The notes: generated by a model from the letters alone, not told the origin. 64,000 bases of DNA from an uncultured Nitrososphaerota archaeon (GCA_963718895.1 CAVRAG010000007.1:512001-576000), one strand, 5' to 3'. Counted from the first letter of the stretch, positions 47,545-58,476 are shown. Numbers and translations: made by a program.

Positions 47545-48204
47545 TTGAATAGATTGAGCCAGGAACAGCCAAACAACGCGACGTACCACGGGACGACGAC
47601 CGTGGGTCTCGTCTGCTCAGACGGAGTCATACTGGCCACCGATACGAGGGTCACCGCTGGCGGATTCATAGCGCACAAGAGGGGCAAGAAGCTCCTTCAG
47701 GTCTCCGACAACCTCGCAGTCACGATTTCTGGGGGGGTTGCGGACGCGCAGAACGTCATCGACACGCTGAAGTACTATTCGCGGAGCTACCAGATCGAGA
47801 AGGGAGTGCCACTCCCGGTCAAGTCGGCGGCGAGGATCGTCTCGAACATCCTCTTCTCCTCACGCTACTACCCCTACATCGCGTCGGTGATCGTCGGCGG
47901 GTACGACAAGGTCGGAGGGTCGATCTACAACCTGGACTTCTTCGGCTCTATTCTAAAGGAGAACGTGACCTCCACCGGGTCCGGCTCCCCCGTAGCGCTC
48001 GGGGTCCTTGAGGAGGGGTACCAACAGGGGATGACGGTTGCAAAGGCGTTGCCTGTGGCGGCGAACGCGATCATCGCAGCCATGCGGAGGAACGTCTTCA
48101 CGGGAGACCACTTCGACATCGCCATAATTGACAAGTCGGGTTTCAGGGAGGTCTCAGAGCAGGACAAGGACAAGCTCCTGGCTCAGTTCTCGGATCGCAG
48201 TTAG
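47545..48204 (+). CDS. psmB: Proteasome beta subunit, catalytic
   Basis: Propeptide then HG-TTTVG, D.RVT, SGGVAD, TGSGS. Confidence 0.96.
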   Translation: MNRLSQEQPNNATYHGTTTVGLVCSDGVILATDTRVTAGGFIAHKRGKKLLQVSDNLAVTISGGVADAQNVIDTLKYYSRSYQIEKGVPLPVKSAARIVSNILFSSRYYPYIASVIVGGYDKVGGSIYNLDFFGSILKENVTSTGSGSPVALGVLEEGYQQGMTVAKALPVAANAIIAAMRRNVFTGDHFDIAIIDKSGFREVSEQDKDKLLAQFSDRS

Positions 48205-48207
48205 TCT

Positions 48208-50121
48208 TTGGCACAGAAGGCAAGTCAGGTCAGTCTCATGAGTACGATACTCAACAGTATCCCAGCGGAGGCTCAGATCACAAGGATCGAGTACGAGGGC
48301 CCGCGAATAGCACTCTACACGAAGAACCCCAGGTACCTCCACCAGAACAACTACATCATCTCAGAGATAGTGAACTCGGTCAAGAAGAGGGTAGTGACAA
48401 GGACCGAGAAGTCGATCAGGAAGCCGGAGCAGGACGTAAGGTCGATCCTCGACAAGGCCCTCCCAGTCGAGGCCGGCGCGACGAACTACTTCTTCGACGA
48501 CGCCACGGGCGAGATCACCGTGGAGGCCAACGCGCCGAGGCTGCTGGCCTCAGAGAACGGATACGACGTCGCTGGGCTGATGGAGCAGACGGGATGGAAG
48601 GTGAAGGTGAGGAAGTCGCCCCACGTGGCTTCCAGCGCGATCCAGACAATCTACTACGCCCTGAAGACCGGCGCCGACGAGAGGGAGAGGTTCTACAGGG
48701 ACCTGGGAGAGACGATCTTCAGGCCGCGGTTCACGACTTCCGAACAGATCACGATAAAGTGCCTGGGGGCGGGCCAGGAGGTGGGCCGATCCTGCTTCCT
48801 GGTGGAGACCTCCGAGTCCAAGATACTCCTGGACGCGGGCATCCACCCCGGCTCGAGGAACGCCTGGGACGCGTACCCGAGGCTCGACTGGGCCGATGTG
48901 CAGCTCAACGAGCTCGACGCAGTGATCATCAGCCACGCTCACCTCGACCACATGGGGTTCCTGCCCGCGCTCTTCAAGTTCGGGTACGCGGGGCCTGTCT
49001 ACTGCACGGAACCGACGCTCCCCCTGATGACGCTCCTCCAGACCGATTACATCAAAATCGCACAGATCGAGGGCGGAAGGATACTCTACGACCAGAAGGA
49101 CATCCGTGACATGATTCAGCACACGGTCACGCTGCAGTACGGGACGGTGACGGACGTCTCGCCCGACATCAAGCTGGTCTTCAACAACGCCGGGCACATC
49201 CTCGGCTCCGCGACGGTCCATCTCCACATCGGAGAGGGGGTCCACAACATAGTCTACACGGGAGACTACAAGTACGGCCGCACCCAGCTCTTCGATTCGG
49301 CCAGCTGGAACTACCCGAGGGTCGAGACGCTCATCACCGAAGGAACCTACGGGAACAAGGAGGACATCATGCCACCTCGGGAGGAGGTGGAGATGAACTT
49401 CGTGAACGCGATCAACCGCACACTCTCGGAGGGAGGCAAGGTCATTATCCCGATCCCTGCGGTCGGCAGGGCTCAGGAGATAATCCTCGTCCTCGACCAC
49501 TACATGAGGAACAAGGTACTGACCGAGGCGCCGGTCTTCCTCGAAGGAATGATCTCGGAGGCCACCGCGATCCACGTCTCGTACGCGGACTACCTCTCAA
49601 GGGAGCTCAGGACGAAGATGCTCGACCAGGGAATCAACCCCTTCGTCTCGGAGTACTTCACGTCGATAGAGCATCCGTCGGGAAGGGAGGAGGCGCTCAG
49701 GGAGGGACCGGCCGTCATAATGGCCACCTCCGGGATGCTCGAGGGCGGCCCCGTGCTCCAGTACTTCGAGCAGGTAGCGCCCTCGGAGAGGAACAAGATC
49801 CTCTTCGTGTCCTACCAGGTCCAGGGGACCCTGGGTAGGAGGGTGCTCGACGGCGCCCACCAGGCGAGCATGCTCGGAGACAACGGCAAAATCAAGATCG
49901 TCGACGTCAGGTGCCAGGTCCAGAAGGTCGAGGGCTTCAGCGGTCACAGCGACTACAACCAGATAATACGGTTCATCGGGAAGATGAGACCGAAGCTGCA
50001 GCAGGTCATCGTGAACCACGGGGAGAAGAGGAAGCTCGAGAATCTAGCCTACGTGATACAGAGGATCTACAGGGTCCCGACCCTGAGACCCGCCGTCCAA
50101 GAAGCGATCAGACTCTACTAG
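48208..50121 (+). CDS. aCPSF1/FttA beta-CASP ribonuclease with KH domains
   Basis: EYEGP, GQEVGRS, SHAHLDH, AGHILGS, TSGMLEGG, GFSGHSD, NHGE; follows psmB as usual. Confidence 0.96.
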   Translation: MAQKASQVSLMSTILNSIPAEAQITRIEYEGPRIALYTKNPRYLHQNNYIISEIVNSVKKRVVTRTEKSIRKPEQDVRSILDKALPVEAGATNYFFDDATGEITVEANAPRLLASENGYDVAGLMEQTGWKVKVRKSPHVASSAIQTIYYALKTGADERERFYRDLGETIFRPRFTTSEQITIKCLGAGQEVGRSCFLVETSESKILLDAGIHPGSRNAWDAYPRLDWADVQLNELDAVIISHAHLDHMGFLPALFKFGYAGPVYCTEPTLPLMTLLQTDYIKIAQIEGGRILYDQKDIRDMIQHTVTLQYGTVTDVSPDIKLVFNNAGHILGSATVHLHIGEGVHNIVYTGDYKYGRTQLFDSASWNYPRVETLITEGTYGNKEDIMPPREEVEMNFVNAINRTLSEGGKVIIPIPAVGRAQEIILVLDHYMRNKVLTEAPVFLEGMISEATAIHVSYADYLSRELRTKMLDQGINPFVSEYFTSIEHPSGREEALREGPAVIMATSGMLEGGPVLQYFEQVAPSERNKILFVSYQVQGTLGRRVLDGAHQASMLGDNGKIKIVDVRCQVQKVEGFSGHSDYNQIIRFIGKMRPKLQQVIVNHGEKRKLENLAYVIQRIYRVPTLRPAVQEAIRLY

Positions 50122-50420
50122 GAGAGAGAGCCTCTCCAGATGCGGACCCCGGGAGGGGTGATTACAATCCTCTCCTCGCCGAGCCTCGCCATGTCCCCGC
50201 CTATCGAGGTCGAGAACTCGTAGAGCTGCTCGACGGCGCCCTTTAGCTCCTCGATGTTCTTCTGGGCCAGCGGGGTCACCCTCAGGATCACGATGACCTT
50301 CTTCGCGACGTCCTCCTGGATCTTCGGAATATCGTCAAGGCTCTTGAGCTGTAGCGCCTTCAGTAGGATGTCGCCGCTCTTCTCCCGCGAGTCCGTCTCT
50401 TCACTCAAACCTGATTCCAA
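50118..50420 (-). CDS. sepF: Cell division protein SepF
   Basis: VIVILRVTPL, IGGDMARLGEERIVITP. Confidence 0.85.
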   Translation of the reverse strand: MESGLSEETDSREKSGDILLKALQLKSLDDIPKIQEDVAKKVIVILRVTPLAQKNIEELKGAVEQLYEFSTSIGGDMARLGEERIVITPPGVRIWRGSLS

Positions 50421-50476
50421 CTACTGTTGTCACCGCTAAAGAACCCCGCCCCCTTTTTAAACCTAGACGAACCCGT

Positions 50477-50959
50477 TCATATCAGCTTGTAGGACTCCCA
50501 GAACCCGTCCCCCGCGTGGTGGAGGTTCTTTATGGAGACCCCCTTGCTAAGGCCGGCCATCTCTTCGCTCGGGACGCTCGTCCTGCCGACCGCCAGACCG
50601 CGGCCCTTCTTGTCGTCCCGTACGACGACGAGCGCGTCCTTCTCGCCCCACTGGTCGTATCTGACGATCCCCGGTCGCATCACGTCGGCCCCCTTCAGGA
50701 TGTACTTGATCGCCCCTTCATCGATGTAGGCCGACGGGAGGAGCGCGAGCGTCGGCTGGGACCCGACGAACGGGATGATCGAGCCGTCCTTCTCCACGAA
50801 GGTGTGCCTGCCGTCTATCACCAGGAACCTGAAGCCGGGCTGAGGCTCTACGATCTCGACCTGTGATGAGCGCGATACGTCGAGCTTCATCCCAGAGGAA
50901 CTCTGCACCCGTTCGATGTAATCGCGGGAGTCGTGCTTGGATGCGACCTGTCTCTTCAA
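50477..50959 (-). CDS. PUA-domain RNA-binding protein (DUF1947/Tma20-like)
   Basis: DEGAIKYILKGADVMRPGI, NLHHAGD..W. Confidence 0.88.
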   Translation of the reverse strand: MKRQVASKHDSRDYIERVQSSSGMKLDVSRSSQVEIVEPQPGFRFLVIDGRHTFVEKDGSIIPFVGSQPTLALLPSAYIDEGAIKYILKGADVMRPGIVRYDQWGEKDALVVVRDDKKGRGLAVGRTSVPSEEMAGLSKGVSIKNLHHAGDGFWESYKLI

Positions 50960-51030
50960 GCTCGGCGCGCGTTACCCATCAGTTTAATAAAGCCACTCTC
51001 GAAAGCCACGAAGCAATCAGTGATACCCTA

Positions 51031-51261
51031 GTGTCCGTCGATATGGCAATCAAGGTGCTCGACCAGAGCCTCGGGAAGGTCGTACTGATCAAGCTGAAGG
51101 GCAGCAAGATCATCCGGGGTTCCCTCCAGGGATTCGATCAGCACATGAACCTCTCCCTCGAGAACGCGGAGGAGGTCTCGGAGGACGGCACCTCGACGAC
51201 CCTCGGCACGCTCATCGTCCGGGGGGACAACATAATCATGATCTCCCCTCCTCCCGGTTAG
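51031..51261 (+). CDS. Sm-like (Lsm/SmAP) protein
   Basis: G.LQGFDQHMNL, IVRGDNIIMISP. Confidence 0.95.
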   Translation: MSVDMAIKVLDQSLGKVVLIKLKGSKIIRGSLQGFDQHMNLSLENAEEVSEDGTSTTLGTLIVRGDNIIMISPPPG

Positions 51262-51345
51262 CTCAAACTTAATATTCTCAGCAATGGCTCGTCGCGAGCG
51301 CATGATGCCATACCCATCTTTACTCATCGGAGCGGGGTTGGACTC

Positions 51346-52056
51346 TTGTCGCTAGACCCAGCCACGCTTGCGGTCGGCATCGCCGGCGGCGCGGCCGCCG
51401 GCCTCGTCGTCTCGTACTTCGTCTTCTACCGCAGGGGAGGCAGGACCAAGGTTCAGGTAATCCAGCGCGACGAGGCGGGCCAGATGAGGAGGAAGACCGT
51501 CACCGTCGACGAGCTCGATGGCTCGAAGAGGGAGATGCGGACGCTCATGCTCGAGAGGGACCTGCTCTCATCGGCCTTGACCAAGGTCTACGAGGCAGAG
51601 AGCGACGGTCAGATAACGAGAGAGGAGAGGGAGCTGATCGCGAGGAAGTACAGTTCCCAGATAAGGGATTTCGAGGCTAAGCTGAGAGACAAGGAGCTGA
51701 TCGTGGAGGTGGGAGAGCTCGAGAGGCTGAGGGACGAGCTCGTCTCCCTCTTCAGGGAGAAGATCCAGAACATCGAGTCGCGCCTGGACCAGGCCAAGGA
51801 GAGGCTGCAGCCGATGAGGCAGGAGCTCCGGGCAGAACTCAGGCCTGAACTCAGGCAGGAGCAGCCCAGGTCCGCGCGGGTCACCTCGTCGATCGCCCAG
51901 ACCGAGGACCTGGAGAGGGTCGTCGAGAGGAAGGCGCCGGTCAAGAAGGACGACACCGAGGGTGAGAAGAGGGTCAAGGCCCTCCGCGATGAAGTGATGG
52001 ATGCGCTCGCTGAACTAGAGCAGATCGACACGAGGAAAGAGAACGAGACCGCTTGA
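51346..52056 (+). CDS. Membrane-anchored coiled-coil hypothetical protein
   Basis: N-terminal TM helix then a long E/R/K/L heptad-rich region. Confidence 0.75.
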   Translation: MSLDPATLAVGIAGGAAAGLVVSYFVFYRRGGRTKVQVIQRDEAGQMRRKTVTVDELDGSKREMRTLMLERDLLSSALTKVYEAESDGQITREERELIARKYSSQIRDFEAKLRDKELIVEVGELERLRDELVSLFREKIQNIESRLDQAKERLQPMRQELRAELRPELRQEQPRSARVTSSIAQTEDLERVVERKAPVKKDDTEGEKRVKALRDEVMDALAELEQIDTRKENETA

Positions 52057-52748
52057 AGGACCGCAGGGCGGAGAGCCTGGAGAAGATAGGGAAGGCGATA
52101 TCCTCTGAGATTGCCCGTGGCGCGCTGGTGGGTCTGGGCAGCGGGTCCACGATGGCGAGCCTCGTCCCGGTCATAGTCACCGGGCTCAGGGAGAGAAGGG
52201 TGAGACCGCGCTGGGTTCCAACTTCACTGCAGATTCAACTGGTCGCCCAGGGGCTGGGCCAGGAGATAGCTGCGATCGATAGGCCTGTCCTGGACCTCGT
52301 CGTGGACGGCGCCGACCAGATAGACGCTGACCTTAACCTGGTCAAGGGGGGCGGAGGCGCGCTCTTCAGGGAGAAGGTCGTCATCGGGAGCTCTCGGAGG
52401 ACGATGATCGTCGCCGACGAGAGGAAGCTCGCTGAGAGGCTCTGCAGCGGAGGGGTGAAGATTCCGGTCGAGGCACACCCGTTCGCGAGGGTCCCCGTCG
52501 CCGAGAGGCTCCGCCTGCTCGGAGGCGATCCGAAGATTAGACTCGGGGAGAGGGGCTTCCCATTCTACACAGAGAACGGGAACATCTTGTTCGATGTGGG
52601 CTTCGAGCCCATCGAGAGGCCCTCGGTACTCGAGCGCGAGCTAAAGTCGATAGCGGGAGTCGTCGAGTCAGGGATCTTCACGCCGAACCCGGTCGAGGTC
52701 TACGTCATACAGCAGGACGGCGGGTACAGGGTCCTGAAGAAGGACTAG
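52053..52748 (+). CDS. rpiA: Ribose-5-phosphate isomerase A
   Basis: GLGSGST, DGADQ, KGGGGALFREK, GVVESG. Confidence 0.95.
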   Translation: MKDRRAESLEKIGKAISSEIARGALVGLGSGSTMASLVPVIVTGLRERRVRPRWVPTSLQIQLVAQGLGQEIAAIDRPVLDLVVDGADQIDADLNLVKGGGGALFREKVVIGSSRRTMIVADERKLAERLCSGGVKIPVEAHPFARVPVAERLRLLGGDPKIRLGERGFPFYTENGNILFDVGFEPIERPSVLERELKSIAGVVESGIFTPNPVEVYVIQQDGGYRVLKKD

Positions 52749-52831
52749 TCCCAGGACAGCCCGTCTTCCGCGTGAGACGCGCTGGGACAAATTTATAACT
52801 GGGCGGAGGCGACCGGCGCCAGACAACCGCA

Positions 52832-53260
52832 ATGGTTCATGAAGTCGATTATAAGACCAAGGCCATAGACCCGAACTTCCTCCAGAAGCCCGACGAGTTC
52901 CCCGTGACTGGTACGCACGCGGGCCACACGGTCAGGGCCGCGGGCAAGGCGCGGCCCGATGCCGACGGCAAGCCATACCCTACCACCAACGGCATCCACG
53001 GGACGGCCGTTGCGGTGGACTTCGAGGCCTGCATAGCCGACGGGGTGTGCATGGACGTCTGTCCCGTCTTCGTGTTCGAGTGGCTCCTCAACCCAGGCCA
53101 GTCAGGGACGGGCAAGGAGAAGATAGTCGACAAGGGGACTCCGGAGTGGGACACCCTCAGGACCGACAAGTCCGACCCTGCAAGAGAAGCAGACTGCATA
53201 TTTTGCATGGCCTGTGAGACTAGCTGCCCAACGCTCTCAATAAAAATCTCGCAACCTTAA
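52832..53260 (+). CDS. Zinc-containing-type dicluster ferredoxin
   Basis: His-containing N-extension (GTHAGH, GIHG); CIADGVC..VCP and CIFCMAC..CP. Confidence 0.88.
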   Translation: MVHEVDYKTKAIDPNFLQKPDEFPVTGTHAGHTVRAAGKARPDADGKPYPTTNGIHGTAVAVDFEACIADGVCMDVCPVFVFEWLLNPGQSGTGKEKIVDKGTPEWDTLRTDKSDPAREADCIFCMACETSCPTLSIKISQP

Positions 53261-53369
53261 GATATTTTCATCTTTGCAGGGGCTATCGCAGGGTAGGGTC
53301 GACGCGCTCTCACTCTCGCCCAGACCAGAGCAATGTCGAACTAGGGAACTAGTTGGTCTGTGAAGTACG

Positions 53370-54922
53370 CTAGGTCGCCGCAGGTCCTGGCGGGGCCGGC
53401 GCCATCCGCCCGTTCTTCGGTCCTCTGAAGGTGTAGTTCTTGCTGACGGCAGCCAGCACGATCACTATCACAGTCAATGCGAGTCCCACCTCGAAGATCA
53501 GGTTGAACGCAGTAGCGGAAGGGAACACCACCCCTGGGACGGCGCGCCCGTTCACGAGCAGGGGAGTCGTGTAGGTCGTCATTATCACGGTCGCGACCAC
53601 AGGCCCGATGGCGCCTCCGAGGTTCCTGAGCATCGTGTTGATGCCGAGCCCAACCGCTATGGTATCGCGGGGCAGCGACACGGAGATCATGTTGACGATG
53701 GGGATTATTGTGCAGACGACGCCTATGAGCGAGAAGACGATGTCGACCGTGAGGTCCATGGTGGTCCCCCTGTGCAAGATGAACAGCACCAGGCCCACTA
53801 TCATCGCGCCGGCGCTCACGAAGAGTATGGGCTTGGGCCCCTGCCTGGCCACCATCCTTCCCGCGAACGGGCCCACGACGAGCATCGCCAGCGTCGCAGG
53901 GGCCATCGTCAGCCCTGTCGCGATTATCCCGAGGCCGAACCCGAACGGCTTCGGAAGCTCGGCGTAGTAGACGACGGCGAAGAAGACGAGGAACATGACG
54001 AACCCCCGAGACGATGCCGATTAGGTTCGCCACCAGGACGTTCCTTATCCGGAGGAGGTCCAGGCGGATGAGCGGTTCTGGTCTGCTCCTCTCGAAGACG
54101 AAGAAGAGGGCAGTCAGGGCGGCACCGGGAAGCAGGAAGGCGAGTTCCTCAGCGGCCAGCCAGCCCAGCGTGGGTCCCTCGGTCGCGTAGATGAGGAGGA
54201 GCGTGACTCCGGACATGAGGATCAGGGCCCCGAGATAGTCGATCTTCCCTTTCGGTCCGGGCGTATCGCGCTTTATGACCCTCCAGACGAGAACGAAGAG
54301 GACGATGCTCAGGACGAACGCGCTGTGGAATGCGTACTGCCAGCCCAGGTCCTGGACGACGTAGGAGCCAATTATCAGTCCGGCGGCCGCGCCTATCGCA
54401 AACGTCCCGCTTATGACTCCCTGCGCGCGGTGCGATCTTCTCGCGCGGGAAGGTGTCGGTGATGATGGCGATGGATAGCGGGACTATGGCGAACCCTACC
54501 CCCTGGACCGCCCTCGAGAATAGCAGGAAGTATATCGAGGGCGAGAAGCCCGCGATTCCGACCCCGAACGTGTAGAACGTGAGGGAGACCAGGACCATCC
54601 TCTTCTTCCCGTAGGCATCCCCCAGCTTCCCGAAGAGAGGCGCGACTGCGCTCCCGACGATTAGGAAGGCCGAGGTTATCCAGGAGGCTATGGTGGATGT
54701 GGTCGCGAAGTCCTTCTGGATGACTGGCACGCCTGGGATGACCATCGTCTCGACGTAGTTGACGAGCAGAGCGACCGCAGTGACCGTGACGAGGACCTTC
54801 GTGGCGTATCGTGAGTCCCGGACGGGCGCATCACCGGTCCTCTCTGCCCCGGATTCCGTCAGCGGAGATACGGAGCCCGAGGGACTCGACATGCCCGACG
54901 GTCTGGCGCTGGCGCTTGCCAT
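53370..54922 (-). CDS. MFS transporter (DHA2-like); frameshifts near 54427 and 54005
   Basis: Three overlapping ORFs form one MFS: GKLGDAYGKKR, SRAVQG, PLIRLDLL, RNLGGAIG. Confidence 0.85.
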
Positions 54923-55011
54923 TTAACTCAGGCGGTGCCTTCTCCTCGTAGGGTGGGCATCGTCACTCCCGCCAGCTTGATTAACGGTGCGACACCGCTT
55001 GCCGGGCGGCC

Positions 55012-55320
55012 GTGGCCGCGAGAGGAACCAGGAAGGGGTCGGAGACCGTGGAGGGCAACTGCGTGGTGTGCAACACGAGGACACGCCACGTCATCCGGTC
55101 CGCGGGCGAGCGGAACGAATACTTCGAGTGCATGGAATGCGGGAACAGGGTGGACGTCAAGGCCTTCGTGTATGACAATCTGGACGCCCTATCTTCGCCT
55201 GACCGGGATAGTCCCATCACTGCCCCCACGACGACTCCCCACTCGAGGAGTACCCGCCCGGGAACCTCGACCCACCCTCCGCGGGCTCGATCCCGCACTC
55301 GGGGCAGACGGACTTTTTGA
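55012..55320 (+). CDS. Small zinc-ribbon protein (true end probably near 55202)
   Basis: CVVC...CMECG; the sequence after about 55200 looks non-coding in this frame. Confidence 0.5.
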   Translation: MAARGTRKGSETVEGNCVVCNTRTRHVIRSAGERNEYFECMECGNRVDVKAFVYDNLDALSSPDRDSPITAPTTTPHSRSTRPGTSTHPPRARSRTRGRRTF

Positions 55321-55440
55321 ATATCCAGCCCACCCTCTTCTGGCAGCAGCTGTCACAGTAGAGGTTCCTGCACCTGTGGCACTGCCACGGCGTGGGGTGT
55401 CTGAAACCCCGACCCCCTTCTTGCACCTGACGCAGTAACC
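55217..55440 (-). CDS. Cys-rich zinc-finger protein, probably frameshifted near 55410
   Basis: YCVRCKK (other frame) then WQCHRC..YCDSCC..VCPECG; start unclear. Confidence 0.45.
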
Positions 55441-55562
55441 GCGAAGAATCGCACCAAGAGCAATGGATGGCGTGTAAGCCCCAATGACCGGAGGAGAGCG
55501 ACGGCGATTCTGCGAGCAGGAACTGCGGACCTGCGGCCGCGAGAAAGGGATTTAACTGAAGC

Positions 55563-55976
55563 TTGGTCGGTCCTACGACTGCCTTGGAAGAAGACGCCGA
55601 GCTCCGGAGGATCAACGCGAAGAAGATGGCCCAGCTGAAGAGGAGGGTCGAGATAGCTACCGCTCCGAAGCCGCAGGAGAAGTCGAACAGGGAGGCAGTG
55701 ATGGAGAGCCTCTACGACAGGGGAGACGAGGTGCTCCAGACGGCTTACTCTTACTACCCAAAGGAGACCCCCATCGTCGTTGACTACCTGGCGAAGTACA
55801 TCAAGGAGCACAAAGAGACCGAGAAAATAAGCGGAGGCGAACTGCTGGCAATCTTCAGGTCCCTCGGCCTCAGGTTCAGCCTGAAGACGTCGATAAAGGT
55901 CCAGGAGAAGGGCAAGTTCGTCGACCTCAAGGACAAATTCAAATTCAACAGGGAAGCTGAGCAAGTTGGAGAATGA
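55563..55976 (+). CDS. PDCD5-like double-stranded DNA-binding protein
   Basis: EDAELRRINAKKMAQL N-terminus; DRGDEVL..A, ISGGELL, TSIKV. Confidence 0.6.
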   Translation: MVGPTTALEEDAELRRINAKKMAQLKRRVEIATAPKPQEKSNREAVMESLYDRGDEVLQTAYSYYPKETPIVVDYLAKYIKEHKETEKISGGELLAIFRSLGLRFSLKTSIKVQEKGKFVDLKDKFKFNREAEQVGE

Positions 55977-56739
55977 GCAGGGAGAGGTAGCCCTGCGTAC
56001 CCTCTACGAGCCCAAGGTGAAGAGCCCCATCCTGGTCTGCGGGCTACCCGGGAGCGGCTACGTCGGGAAGCTTGCTGTCGACCAGCTGATAGAGTCCTTC
56101 AAGGGCGAGCTCTTCGAGGAGTTCTACTCCGGAAGCTTCCCGCCTCACGCGAACGTGGACGACCAAGGCGTGGGCCGGTCGATTAGGGGCGAGCTCTACC
56201 ACTGCGAGACAGGGCAGCGCAACGACCTACTGATCTTCACCGCCGATGCCCAGCCGACCACGTCCGAGGGAGAGTACGAACTCTCAGAGGTCGTCCTCAG
56301 GGCCGCGATGAGGCGGGGAGCGACGGCGGTCTTCTCGTTGGCGGCGTACATCACGGGGGCGTTTACCGCGGAGCAGCGCGTCTTCGGCGCGGCGACCTCG
56401 CAGGAGCTGCTATCGGAACTTACGGAGAACGGGGTGAGGGCGATGAGGGAGGGAGGGATAAGCGGGATGAACGGGATAATCATAGCGACGGCCGGACTGC
56501 TGGGACTGGACGGCGCTTGCCTGCTTGGGGAGACCTCAGGGTACCTTGTCGACCCCGTCGCATCGCAGGTGGTTCTGGAGGCGCTCTCACGGGTTCTGAA
56601 GCTCAACATCGACCTCCGCGCCCTCAAGGACAGGGCCGTAGAAGCCAAGGAGCTGATGGGCCAGATACAGAGCATGACCGAGAAAGGCGGTGACCCGCGC
56701 GGCGCCATCCGCTCGGGACAGCCTGGCTACATCGGCTAG
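55966..56739 (+). CDS. PAC2-family proteasome assembly chaperone
   Basis: GLPGSGYVGKLA, FPP, ISGMNG, CLLGETSGY..DP, C-terminal YIG. Confidence 0.9.
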   Translation: MENEQGEVALRTLYEPKVKSPILVCGLPGSGYVGKLAVDQLIESFKGELFEEFYSGSFPPHANVDDQGVGRSIRGELYHCETGQRNDLLIFTADAQPTTSEGEYELSEVVLRAAMRRGATAVFSLAAYITGAFTAEQRVFGAATSQELLSELTENGVRAMREGGISGMNGIIIATAGLLGLDGACLLGETSGYLVDPVASQVVLEALSRVLKLNIDLRALKDRAVEAKELMGQIQSMTEKGGDPRGAIRSGQPGYIG

Positions 56740-56784
56740 TCTCAAGAAGACCCGCTCTTTGACAAGAGAAAGGCTCGGCCGGGC

Positions 56785-56876
56785 GGCGGGGTCCGGTTCC
56801 AAAGGCGAACATGAGACCCAAGCCACCATATCGCCGAGACGATGTGAAGCCAGGCGAGGACACCTGTTACCAGCAA
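56785..56876 (-). pseudogene. Degraded fragment of a CopD/DUF2269-like membrane protein
   Basis: LLVTGVLAWLHIVSAIWWLG then a shifted LMFAFGTGP; no continuation. Confidence 0.35.
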
Positions 56877-57018
56877 ACTCTAACGCAACAAGGTTCAGAT
56901 CAGATAGAAATTGGCGGGGGTGTAGCCGTCGGACAGAGCTTCCGCCTCGGGGAACAGGTTCCACGCGCCCTGCGGTAGCCGTCAATCCTGGATGGCCTGC
57001 ACACCTTCGCGGCTCGCC

Positions 57019-58476
57019 CTAACCCTTGATGTTCCCGATCGGCCTCAGGGCAGCGACCTTCAGCGAGATACCTGCCGAGTCCATGGTCTCGACGACTTCC
57101 GAGATGTCCTTGTAGGCCAGGCCCGCCTCCTCGGCGAGCCCGTCGTAGGTAGCTGCCTTCACGTAGATGCCCTTCTTCTCCATGCTCTTCTGGAGGGCCT
57201 CGCCGTTGACCTCCCTCCTCGCCGCGGTCCTGGACATCGTCCTCCCCGAGCCGTGCGCCGTAGACCCGAAGGTGTCGGTCATCGCCTTTGCCGTGCCGAG
57301 CAGCAGGTACGAGCCAGTCTCCATCGAGCCGCCTATGATGACGGGCTGGCCGATCTGACGGTAGGGAGCGGGGATGTCCTGGTGGCCGGGGCCGAAGCTC
57401 CTCGTCGCCCCCTTCCTGTGGACCACGAGCTCCCTGGTTGCCCCGTCGAGTGCGTGCTTCTCCACCTTGGCGATGTTGTGACAGACGTCGTAGATGATGT
57501 GCATGTCGAGCGCCTCGGGGTCTCGATGGAAGACCTTCTGGAACGCCTCCCTGACACGGTGGACTATGACCTGGCGGTTCGCGAAGGCCATGTTCGCCGC
57601 GCAGGCCATCGCGCCGTAGTAGTCCTGCCCCTCGTTCGATGAGAACGGCGCGCACGCCAGCTCCCTGTCCCTCACCTCAATGCCGTATCGCTTCATCGCG
57701 CCGTCGAAGACCCTGAGATAATCAGACCCAATCTGGTGTCCGAATCCTCTGGACCCGCAGTGGATCATGACGACGACCTGATCGTCGTGGACCAGCCCGA
57801 AGTTCTTCCCCATCTTTGCGTCGAAGAACCGGACCGGGTCGACGACCTGTATCTCCAGGTAGTGGTTGCCTGAGCCGAGCGTCCCGAGCTGCTGGATCCC
57901 ACGGCTCGATGCCTGCCTGCTGACCTTCGCGGGGTTCGAGCCCTTGATGAAGCCGCCCTCCTCCACCATCTTCGCGTCCTCTTCCCAGCCGTATCCGTTC
58001 TCGCCGCACCACTTGACCCCCCAGCGCATGACGTCCTCGAAGCTGGACTGGTTGACCTTCACGAAGCCCTTGACACCCACTCCGGTCGGGACGAGCTGGA
58101 AAAGGAGGTCTACAAGCTCCTTGACCTTAGGCTTGACCTCCTTTAGCCGTAGATTCGTCCTAATGAGCCGCATACCGCAATTTATGTCAAATCCGATTCC
58201 GCCAGGCGAAATAACTCCCATTTCGGGGTCGAAAGCCGCAACGCCGCCTATCGGGAACCCGTATCCCCAGTGGGCGTCAGCCATGGCGTAGGAGTACCGC
58301 TGGATCCCCGGAAGCGACGCTACGTTCGTGACCTGCTCGATTACTCCCTGGTCCATCCCCTCGAGCAGCTTCTTGGTCGCATAGATGCGCGCGGGCACCC
58401 TCATCCCTTCCTTGAAGCTCGTCGGGATCTCCCAGACGACCTCTGAGACCTGCTTGGTTTGTGGGGGCACTGGCAT
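57019..58476 (-). CDS. rtcB: RNA-splicing ligase RtcB
   Basis: DAHWGYGFPIGG, DINCG, LGSGNHYLE, HCGSRG, HRKGAT, HGSGR, EEA..AYK. Confidence 0.97.
   Translation of the reverse strand: MPVPPQTKQVSEVVWEIPTSFKEGMRVPARIYATKKLLEGMDQGVIEQVTNVASLPGIQRYSYAMADAHWGYGFPIGGVAAFDPEMGVISPGGIGFDINCGMRLIRTNLRLKEVKPKVKELVDLLFQLVPTGVGVKGFVKVNQSSFEDVMRWGVKWCGENGYGWEEDAKMVEEGGFIKGSNPAKVSRQASSRGIQQLGTLGSGNHYLEIQVVDPVRFFDAKMGKNFGLVHDDQVVVMIHCGSRGFGHQIGSDYLRVFDGAMKRYGIEVRDRELACAPFSSNEGQDYYGAMACAANMAFANRQVIVHRVREAFQKVFHRDPEALDMHIIYDVCHNIAKVEKHALDGATRELVVHRKGATRSFGPGHQDIPAPYRQIGQPVIIGGSMETGSYLLLGTAKAMTDTFGSTAHGSGRTMSRTAARREVNGEALQKSMEKKGIYVKAATYDGLAEEAGLAYKDISEVVETMDSAGISLKVAALRPIGNIKG

Noticed and set aside
56770-57010. 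Possible SRP or RNase P RNA between the PAC2 gene and rtcB
   Set aside because: No SRP helix 8 or RNase P P4 consensus on either strand; part reads as a membrane-protein remnant.
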